Part shown: positions 54,301-64,000 of the stretch, piece by piece
Numbering within the stretch: position 1 is the stretch's first letter
How the letters are laid out: each line of letters starts with the position of its first letter
Assembly (NCBI GenBank): GCA_964016885.1
Contig: OZ024741.1
Coordinates: 10,354,001 to 10,418,000, forward strand
Length of the DNA: 64,000 nt
Direction: 5' to 3'
Source: Eledone cirrhosa
Taxonomy: Eukaryota
Notes under the pieces: generated by a model
What the model was told of the DNA's origin: nothing
The model's database searches: none
Seen by the model: the letters and a program-made list of their open reading frames with translations, nothing else
Program-made: the position numbers and the translations under genes

Positions 54301-57300
54301 TGGTGGTGTTGGTGTTGTTGGTGGTGATAGTGGTGGAGGTGGTAGTGTTGGTGTCGTTGGTGGTGGTGGCGATAGTGGTGGAGGTAGTGGTGTTGGTGTC
54401 GTTGGTGGTGGTGGTGACAGTGGTGGAGTTGGTGGTGTTGGTGTTGTTAGTGGTGATAGTGGTGGAGGTGGTAGTGTTGGTGTCGTTGGTGGTGGTGGCG
54501 ATAGTGGTGGAGGTGGTGGTGTTGGTGTCGTTGGTGGTGGTGGTGACAGTGGTGGAGGTGGTGGTGTTGGTGTTGTTGGTGGTGGAGGTGATAGTGGTGG
54601 AGGTGGTGGTGTTGGTGTTGTTGGTGGTGGAGGTGATAGTGGTGGAGGTGGTGGTATTGGTGTCGTTGGTGTTGGTGGTGATACTGGTGGAGGTGGTGGT
54701 GTTGGTGTTGTTGGTGGTGGTGGTGATAGTGGTGGAGGTGGTGTTGTTGGTGTCGTTGGTGGTGGTGGTGATAGTGGTGGAGGGGGTAGTGTTGGTGTTG
54801 TTGGTGGTGGTGGTGATAGTGGTGGAGGGGGTAGTGTTGGTGTTGTTGGTGGTGGTGGTGATAGTGGTGGAGGGGGTAGTGTTGGTGTTGTTGGTGGTGG
54901 TGGTGATAGTGGTGAAGGTAGGAGGGGGTAGTGTTGGTGTTGTTGGTGGTGGTGGTGATAGTGGTGGAGGGGGTAGTGTTGGTGTTGTTGGTTTTTGGTG
55001 GTGATAGTGGTGAAGGTGGTGGTGTTGGTGTTGTTGGTGGTGGTGCTGATAGTGGTGGTGGTGGTGGTGTTGGTGTCGTTGGTGGTGGTGGTGATAGTGG
55101 TGGTGGTGGTGGTGTTGGTGTCGTTGGTGGTGGTGGTGATAGTGGTGGTGGTGGTGGTGGTGGTGTCGTTGGTGGCGGTGGTGATAGTGGTGGAGGTGGT
55201 GGTGTTGGTGGTGGTGGTGATAGTGGTGGTGGTGGTGGTGTTGGTGTTGTTGGTGGTGGTGGTGGTGTTGGTGTCGTTGGTGGTGGTGGTGTTGATAGTG
55301 GTGGAGGTGGTGGTGTTGGTGTCGTTGGTGGTGGTGGTGATAGTAGTGGTGGTGGTGGTGTTGGTGTCGTTGGTGGCGGTGGTGATAGTGGTGGAGGTGG
55401 TGGTGTTGGTGTTGTTGGTGGTGGTGGTGGTGATAGTGGTGGTGGTGGTGGTGTTGGTGTTGTTGGTGGTGGTGGTGATAGGGGTGGAGGCGGTGGTGTT
55501 GGTGTTGTTGTTGTTGGTGGTGGTGGTGTTGGTGTCGTTGGTGGTGGTGGTGATAGTGGTGGAGGTGGTGGTGTTGGTGTCGTTGGTGGTGGTGGTGATA
55601 GTGGTGGTGGTGGTGGTGTTGGTGTCGTTGGTGGCGGTGGTGATAGTGGTGGAGAGGGTAGTGTTGGTGTTGTTGGTGGTGGAGGTGGTGGTGTTTGTGT
55701 CGTTGGTGGTGATAGTGGTGGAGGTGGTGGTGTTGGTGTTGTTGGTGGTGGTGGTGATAGTGGTGGAGGTGGAGGTGTTGGTGTTGTTGGTGGTGGTGGT
55801 GATAGTGGTGGAGGTGTTGGTGTTGGTGTCGTTGGTTGTGATAGTGGTGGAGGTGGTGGTGTTGGTATTGTTGGTGGTGGTGGTGATAATGGTGGAGGTG
55901 GTGGTGGTGGTGTTGTTGGTGGCGGTGGTGATAGTGGTGGAGATGGTGGTGTTGGTGTTGTTGGTGGTGGTGGTGATAGTGGTGGAGGTGGTGGTGTTGG
56001 TGTCGTTGGTTGTGATAGTGGTGGAGGTGGTGGTGTTGGTATTGTTGGTGGTGGTGGTGATAGTGGTGGAGGTGGTGGTGGTGGTGTTGTTGGTGGCGGT
56101 GGTGATAGTGGTGGAGGTGGTGGTGTTGGTGTTGTTGGTGGTGGTGGTTATAGTGGTGGAGGTGGTGATGTTGGTGTTGTTGGTGGTGGTGGTGGTGGTG
56201 GTGGTGTTGGTGTCGTTGGTCGTGATAGTGGTGGAGGTGGTGGTGTTGGTGTTGTTGGTGGTGGAGGTGATAGTGGTGGAGGTGGTGGTGTTGGTGTTGT
56301 TGGTGGTGGAGGTGATAGTGGTGGAGGTGGTGGTTTTGGTGTTGTTGGTGGTGGTGGTGATAGTGGTGGAGGGGGTAGTGTTGGTGTCGTTGGTGTTGGT
56401 GGTCATACTGGTGGAGGTGGTGGTGTTGGTGATGTTGGTGGTGGTGGTGATAGGGGTGGAGGTGGTGGTGTTGGTGTTGTTGGTGGTGGTGGTGATAGTG
56501 GTGGAGGGGGTAGTGTTGGTGTTGTTGGTGGTGGTGGTGATAGTGGTGGAGGGGGTAGTGTTGGTGTTGTTGGTGGTGGTGGTGATAGTGGTGAAGGTGG
56601 TGGTGTTGGTGTTGTTGGTGGTGGTGGTGATAGTGCTGGAGGTGGTGGTGTTGGTGTTGTTGGTGGTGGAGGTGATAGTGGTGGAGGTGGTGGTGTTGGT
56701 GTTGTTGGTGGTGATAGGGGTGGAGGTGGTTGTGTTGGTGTCGTTGGTGGTGGTGGTGATAGTGGTGGAGGTGGAGGTGTTGGTGTTGTTGGTGGTGGTG
56801 GTGATAGTGGTGGAGGTGGTGGTGTTGGTGTCGTTGGTGGTGATAGTGGTGGAGGTGGAGGTGTTGGTGTTGTTGGTGGTGGTGGTGATAGTGGTGGAGG
56901 TGGTGGTGTTGGTGTCGTTGGTGGTGATAGTGGTGGAGGTGGTGGTGTTGGTGTTGTTGAAGGTGATAGTGTTGGAGGGGGTAGTGTTGGTGTTGTTGGT
57001 GGTGGTGGTGATAGTGGTGGAGTTGGTGGTGTTGGTGTTGTTGGTGGTGATAGTGGTGGAGGTGGTAGTGTTGGTGTCGTTGGTGGTGGTGGCGATAGTG
57101 GTGGAGGTGGTGGTGTTGGTGTCGTTGGTGGTGGTGGTGACAGTGGTGGAGGTGGTGGTGTTGGTGTTGTTGGTGGTGGAGGTGATAGTGGTGGAGGTTG
57201 TGGTGTTGGTGTTGTTGGTGGTGGAGGTGATAGTGGTGGAGGTGGTGGTGTTGGTGTCGTTGGTGTTGGTGGTGATAGTGGTGGAGGTGGTGGTGTTGGT

Positions 57301-60300
57301 GTTGTTGGTGGTGGAGGTGATAGTGGTGGAGGTGGTGGTGTTGGTGGTGGTGGTGATAGTGGTGGAGGTGGTGGAGTTGGTGTCGTTGGTGGTGGTGGTG
57401 ATAGTGGTGGAGGGGGTAGTGTTGGTGTTGTTGGTGGTGGTGGTGATAGTGGTGGAGGGGGTAGTGTTGGTGTTGTTGGTGGTGGTGGTGATAGTGGTGG
57501 AGGGGGTAGTGTTGGTGTTGTTGGTTTTTGGTGGTGATAGTGGTGAAGGTGGTGGTGTTGGTGTTGTTGGTGGTGGTGGTGATAGTGCTGGAGGTGGTGG
57601 TGTTGGTGTTGTTGGTGGTGGAGGTGATAGTGGTGGAGGTGGTGGTGTTGGTGTTGTTGGTGGTGGTGCTGATAATGGTGGAGGTGGTGGTGTTGGTGTC
57701 GTTGGTGGTGGTGGTGATAGTGGTGGTGGTGGTGGTGTTGGTGTCGTTGGTGGTGGTGGTGATAGTGGTGGTGGTGGTGGTGTTGGTGTCGTAGGTGGCG
57801 GTGGTGATAGTGGTGGAGGTGGTGGTGTTTGTGTTGTTGGTGGTGGTGGTGATAGTGTGGTGGTGGTGGTGGTGTTGGTTTGTTGGTGGTGGTGGTGATA
57901 GGGGTGGAGGTGGTGGTGTTGGTGTTGTTGTTGGTGGTGGTGATAGTGGTGGTGGTTGTGTTGGTGTCGTTGGTGGTGGTGGAGATAGTGGTGGAGGTGG
58001 TGGTGTTGGTGTTGTTGGTGGTGGTGGTGATAGTGGTGGTGGTGGTGGTGTTGGTGTTGTTGGTGGCGGTGGTGATAGTGGTGGAGGTGGTGGTGTTGGT
58101 GTTGTTGGTGGTGGTGGTGGTGGTGATAGTGGTGCTGGTGGTGGTGTTGGTGTTGTTGGTGGTGGTGGTGATAGGGGTGGAGGTGGTGGTGTTGGTGTTG
58201 TTGGTTGTGGTGGTGATAGTGGTGGTGGTGGTGGTGTTGGTGTCGTTGGTAGTGGTGGTGATAGTGGTGGAAGTGGTGGTGTTGGTGTTGTTGGTGGTGG
58301 TGGTGATAGTGGTGGTGTTGGTGTTGTTGTTGGTGGTGGTGGTGTTGGTGTCGTTGGTGGTGGTGGTGTTGATAGTGGTGGAGGTGGTGGTGTTGGTGTC
58401 GTTGGTGGTGGTGGTGATAGTGGTGGTGGTGGTGGTGTTGGTGTCGTTGGTGGCGGTGGTGATAGTGGTGGAGAGGGTAGTGTTGGTGTTGTTGGTGGTG
58501 GAAGTGATAGTGGTGGAGGTGGTGGTGTTTGTGTCGTTGGTGGTGGTGGTGATAGTGGTGGAGGTGGTGGTGTTGTTGGTGGTGGTGGTGATAGTGGTGG
58601 AGGTGGAGGTGTTGGTGTTGTTGGTGGTGGTGGTGATAGTGGTGGAGGTGGTGGTGTTGGTGTCGTTGGTTGTGATAGTGGTGGAGGTGGTGGTGTTGGT
58701 ATTGTTGGTGGTGGTGGTGATAATGGTGGTGGTGGTGGTGGTGTTGTTGGTGGCGGTGGTGATAGTGGTGGAGATGGTGGTGTTGGTGTCGTTGGTTGTG
58801 ATAGTGGTGGAGGTGGTGGTGTTGGTATTGTTGGTGGTGGTGGTGATAGTGGTGGAGGTGGTGGTGGTGGTGTTGTTGGTGGCGGTGATGATAGTGGTGG
58901 AGGTGGTGGTGTTGGTGTTGTTGGTGGTGGTGGTGATAGTGGTGGAGGTGGTGGTGTTGGTGTCGTTGGTTGTGATAGTGGTGGAGGTGGTGGTGTTGGT
59001 ATTGTTGGTGGTGGTGGTGATAGTGGTGGAGGTGGTGGTGGTGGTGTTGTTGGTGGCGGTGATGATAGTGGTGGAGGTGGTGGTGTTGGTATTGTTGGTG
59101 GTGGTGTTGATAGTGGTGGAGGTGGTGGTGTTGGTATTGTTGGTGGTGGTGGTGATAGTGGTGGAGGTGGTGGTGGTGGTGTTGTTGGTGGCGGTGGTGA
59201 TAGTGGTGGAGGTGGTGGTGGTGGTGTTGTTGGTGGTGGTGGTGATAGTGGTGGAGGTGGTGGTGTTGGGGTCGTTGGTGGTGGTGGTGATAGTGGTGGA
59301 GGTGGTGGTGTTGGTGTTGTTGGTGGTGGAGGTGATAGTGGTGGAGGTGGTGGTGTTGGTGTTGTTGGTGGTGGTGGTGATAGTGGTGGAGGTGGTGGTG
59401 TTGGTGTTGTTGGTGGTGGAGGTGATAGTGTTGGAGATGGTGGTGTTGGTGTTGTTGATGGTGATAGTGGTGGAGGTGGTAGTGTTGGTGTCGTTGGTGG
59501 TGGTGGTGATAGTGGTGGAGGTGGTGGTGTTGGGGTCGTTGGTGGTGGTGGTGATAGTGGTGGAGGTGGTGGTGTTGGTGTTGTTGGTGGTGGAGGTGAT
59601 AGTGGTGGAGGTGGTGGTGTTGGTGTTGTTAGTGGTGATAGTGGTGGAGGTGGTAGTGTTGGTGTCGTTGGTGGTGGTGGTGATAGTGGTGGAGGTGGTG
59701 GTGTTGGTGTTGTTGGTGGTGATAGTGGTGGAGGTGGTAGTGTTGGTGTCGTTGGTGGTGGTGGCGATAGTGGTGGAGGTGGTGGTGTTGGTGTTGTTGG
59801 TGGTGGAGGTGATAGTGGTGGAGGTGGTGGTGTTGGTGTTGTTGGTGGTGGAGGTGATAGTGGTGGAGGTGGTGGTGTTGGTGTCGTTGGTGTTGGTGGT
59901 GATACTGGTGGAGGTGGTGGTGTTGGTGTTGTTGGTGGTGGTGGTGATAGTGGTGGAGGGGGTAGTGTTGGTGTCGTTGGTGGTGGTGGTGATTGTGGTG
60001 GAGGTGGTGGTGTTGGTGTTGTTGGTGGTGGAGGTGATATTGGTGGAGGTGGCGGTTTTGGTGTCGTTGGTGTTGGTGGTGATACTGGTGGAGGTGGTGG
60101 TGTTGGTGTTGTTGGTGGTGGTGGTGATAGTGGTGGAGGTGGTGGTGTTGGTGTTGTTGGTGGTGGAGGTGATAGTGGTGGAGGTGGTGGTGTTGGTGTT
60201 GTTGGTGGTGGTGGTGATAGTGGTGGAGGGGGTAGTGTTGGTGTCGTTGGTGTTGGTGGTGATACTGGTGGAGGTGGTGGTGTTGGTGATGTTGGTGGTG

Positions 60301-63300
60301 GTGGTGATAGGGGTGGAGGTGGTGGTGTTGGTGTCGTTGGTGGTGGTGGTGATAGTGGTGGAGGTGGTGGTGTTGGTATTGTTGGTGGTGGTGGTGATAG
60401 TGGTGGAGGGGGTAGTGTTGGTGTTGTTGGTGGTGGTGGTGATAGTGGTGGAGGGGGTAGTGTTGGTGTTGTTGGTGGTGGTGGTGATAGTGGTGAAGGT
60501 GGTGGTGTTGGTGTTGTTGGTGGTGGTGGTGATAGTGCTGGAGGTGGTGGTGTTGGTGTTGTTGGTGGTGGAGGTGATAGTGGTGGGGGTGGTGGTGTTG
60601 GTGTTGTTGGTGGTGATAGTGGTGGAGGTGGTTGTGTTGGTGTCGTTGGTGGTGGTGGTGATAGTGGTGGAGGTGGAGGTGTTGGTGTTGTTGGTGGTGG
60701 TGGTGATAGTGGTGGAGGTGGTGGTGTTGGTGTCGTTGGTGGTGATAGTGGCGGAGGTGGTGGTGTAGGTGTCGTTGGTTGTGGTGGTGATAGTGGTGGA
60801 GGGGGTAGTGTTGTTATTGTTGGTGGTGGTGGTGATAGTGGTGGAGGTGGTGGTGTTGGTGTTGTTGGTGATGGTGGTGATAGTGGTGGAGGTGGTGGTG
60901 TTGGTGTTGTTGGTGGTGGTGGTGATAGTGGTGGTTGTGGTGGTGTTGGTGGCGTTGCTGGTGGTGGTGATAGTGGTGGTGGTGGTGGTGTCGTTGGTGG
61001 CGGTGGTGATAGTGGTGGAGAGGGTAGTGTTGGTGTTGTTGGTGGTGGAGGTGATAGTGCTGGAGGTGGAGGTGTTGGTGTTGTTGGTGGTGGTGGTGAT
61101 AGTGGTGGAGGTGGTGGTGTTTGTGTCGTTGGTGGTGATAGTGGTGGAGGTGGTGGTGTTGGTGTTGTTGGTGGTGGTTGTGATAGTGGTGGAGGTGGAG
61201 GTGTTGCTGTGGTTGGTGGTGGTGGTGATAGTGGTGGAGGTGGTGGTGTTGGTGTTGTTGGTGGTGGTGGTGATAGTGGTGGAGGTGGTGGTGTTGGTGT
61301 CGTTGGTGGTGATAGTGGTGGAGGTGGTGGTGTTGGTGTTGTTGGTGGTGGTGGTGATAGTGGTGGAGGTGGAGGTGTTGGTGTTGTTGGTGGTGGTGGT
61401 GATAGTGGTGGAGGTGGAGGTGTTGGTGTTGTTGGTGGTGGTGGTGATAGTGGTGGAGGTGGTGGTGTTTGTGTCGTTGGTGGTGATAGTGGTGGAGGTG
61501 GTGGTGTTGGTGTTGTTGGTGGCGGTGTTGATAGTGGTGGAGGTAGTGGTGTTGGTGTTGTTGGTGGTGGTGGTGATAGTGGTGGAGGGGGTAGTGTTGG
61601 TGTTGGTGGTGATAGTGGTGGAGGTGGAGGTGTTGGTGTTGTTGGTGTTGATAGTGGTGGAGGTGGTGGTGTTGGTGTTGTTGGTGGTGGTGGTGATAGT
61701 GGTGGAGGGGGTAGTGTTGGTGTTTTTGGTGGTGGTGGTGATAGTGGTGGAGGGGGTAGTGTTGGTGTAGTTGGTGGTGGTGGTGATAGTGGTGGAGGTG
61801 GTGGTGTTGGTGTCGTTGGTGGTGGTGGTGATAGTGGTGGAGGTGGTGGTGTTGGTGTTGTTGGTGGTGGTGTTGATAGTGGTGGAGGTGGTGGTGTTGG
61901 TGTTGTTGGTGGTGGTGGTGATAGTGGTGGAGGGGGTAGTGTTGGTGTTGGTGGTGGTGGTGATAGTGGTGGAGGTGGAGGTGTTGGTGTTGTTGGTGGT
62001 GATAGTGGTGGAGGTGGATTGTGTTGGTGTCGTTGGTGGTGGTGGTGATAGTGGTGGTGGTGGTGGTGTTGGTGTCGTTGGTGGTGGTGGTGATAGTGGT
62101 GGAGGTGGTGATGTTGGTGTTGTTGGTGGTGGTGGTGGTGGTGTTGGATTTGTTGGTGGTGGAGGTGATAGTGGTGAAGGTGGTGGTGTTGGTGTTGTTG
62201 GTGGTGGTGGTGATAGTGGTGGAGTTGGTGGTGTTGGTGTTGTTGGTGGTGATAGTGGTGGAGGTGGTAGTGTTGGTGTCGTTGGTGGTGGTGGTGATAG
62301 TGGTGGAGGTGGTCGTGTTGGTGTCGTTGGTGGTGGTGATGATAGTGGTGGAGGTGGTGGTGTTGGTGTTGTTGGTGGTGGTGGTGATAGTGGTGGAGGT
62401 GGAGGTGTTGTTGTTGTTGGTGGTGATAGTGGTGGAGGTGGTAGTGTTGGTGTCGTTGGTGGTGGTGGTGATAGTGGTGGAGGTGGTGGTGTTGGTGTTG
62501 TTGGTGGTGGTGGTGATAGTGGTGGAGGTGGAGGTGTTGGTGTTGTTGGTGGTGGTGGTGATAGTGGTGGAGTGGTGGTGTTTGTGTCGTTGGTGGTGAT
62601 AGTGGTGGAGGTGGTGGTGTTGGTGTTGTTGGTGGTGGTGGTGATAGTGGTGGAGGTCGTTGTGTTGGTGTTGTTGGTGGTGGTGGTGATAGTGGTGGAG
62701 TTGATGGTGTTGGTGTTGTTGGTGGTGGTGGTGATAGTGGTGGAGGGGGTAGTGTTGGTGTTGTTGGTGGTGCTGGTGATAGTGGTGGAGGTGGTGGTGT
62801 TGGTGTTGTTGGTGGTGATAGTGGTGGAGGTGGTAGTGTTGGTGTCGTTGGTGGTGGTGGTGGTGGTGGTGATAGTGGTGGAGGTGGTGGTGTTGGTGTT
62901 GTTGGTGGTGGTGGTGGTGGTGTTGGTGTTGTTGGTGGTGGTGTTGATAGTGGTGGAGGTGGTGGTGTTGGTGTTGTTGGTGGTGGTGGTGATAGTGGTG
63001 GAGTTGATGTTGTTGGTGTTGTTGGTGGTGGTGGTGATAGTGGTGGAGGTGGAGGTGTTGGTGTTGTTGGTGGTGATAGTGGTGCAGGTGGATTGTGTTG
63101 GTGTCGTTGGTGGTGGTGGTGGTGGTGGTGATAGTGGTGGAGGTGGTGGTGTTGGTGTTGTTGGTGGTGGTGGTGATAGTGGTGGAGGTGGTGGTGTTGG
63201 TGTTGTTGGTGGTGGTGGTGGTGATAGTGGTGGAGGTGGTGGTGTTGGTGTTTTTGGTGGTGGTGGTGATAGTGGTGGAGGGGGTAGTGTTGGTGTAGTT

Positions 63301-64000
63301 GGTGGTGGTGGTGATAGTGGTGGAGGTGGTGGTGTTGGTGTCGTTGGTGGTGGTGGTGATAGTGGTGGAGGTGGTGGTGTTGGTGTTGTTGGTGGTGGTG
63401 TTGATAGTGGTGGAGGTGGTGGTGTTGGTGTTGTTGGTGGTGGTGGTGATAGTGGTGGAGGGGGTAGTGTTGGTGTTGGTGGTGGTGGTGATAGTGGTGG
63501 AGGTGGAGGTGTTGGTGTTGTTGGTGGTGATAGTGGTGGAGGTGGATTGTGTTGGTGTCGTTGGTGGTGGTGGTGATAGTGGTGGTGGTGGTGGTGTTGG
63601 TGTCGTTGGTGGTGGTGGTGATAGTGGTGGAGGTGGTGATGTTGGTGTTGTTGGTGGTGGTGGTGGTGGTGTTGGATTTGTTGGTGGTGGAGGTGATAGT
63701 GGTGAAGGTGGTGGTGTTGGTGTTGTTGGTGGTGGTGGTGATAGTGGTGGAGTTGGTGGTGTTGGTGTTGTTGGTGGTGATAGTGGTGGAGGTGGTAGTG
63801 TTGGTGTCGTTGGTGGTGGTGGTGATAGTGGTGGAGGTGGTCGTGTTGGTGTCGTTGGTGGTGGTGGTGATAGTGGTGGAGGGGGTAGTGTTGGTGTCGT
63901 TGGTGTTGGTGGTGATACTGGTGGAGGTGGTGGGGTTGGTGTTGTTGGTGGTGGTGGTGATAGGGGTGGAGGTGGTGGTGTTGGTGTCGTTGGTGGTGGT
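15313..64000. repeat. Large G/T-rich satellite, 45-bp unit, over 48 kb, open at the window end
   Basis: Consensus GATAGTGGTGGAGGTGGTGGTGTTGGTGTYGTTGGTGGTGGTGGT in one orientation throughout; length variants are mostly multiples of 3; roughly a thousand units. Confidence 0.97.

Noticed and set aside
15294-63576. Very long Val-rich, Gly-rich and Thr/Pro-rich ORFs (up to 2326 aa)
   Set aside because: Translations of a triplet-derived satellite; frames switch at indels; no unique domains or credible starts.
15313-64000. Telomeric repeat array
   Set aside because: G-rich, but no TTAGGG-type short unit; the period is 45 bp.

Overview
Eukaryotic, repeat-saturated window with no host gene. The SINE types and microsatellite load suggest a mollusc, probably an octopus (inference from recalled SINE similarity). 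The first ~15.3 kb is a patchwork of elements in microsatellites: a 5'-truncated Penelope-like element (PLE; RT + C-terminal GIY-YIG), two inverted copies of a short hairpin-ended element in (TA)n, a palindromic 9-bp minisatellite, two probable non-autonomous Helitrons, tRNA-derived SINEs and a decayed Tx1/L1-type LINE. The rest (15.3-64 kb) is one G/T-rich 45-bp satellite with kb-scale higher-order duplications; its long ORFs are repeat artefacts. The main result is at 7284-9756: an array of apparently identical 310-bp units, each carrying a minimal type I hammerhead ribozyme motif (retrozyme-like). About 4.9 units are antisense and about 3.1 are sense, arranged head-to-head, and the array is bounded by a 12-bp direct repeat. 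This fits a single twin-primed reverse transcription of a circular or multimeric self-cleaving RNA. Two further hammerhead motifs lie downstream of the PLE ORF. All folds and alignments were done by eye.
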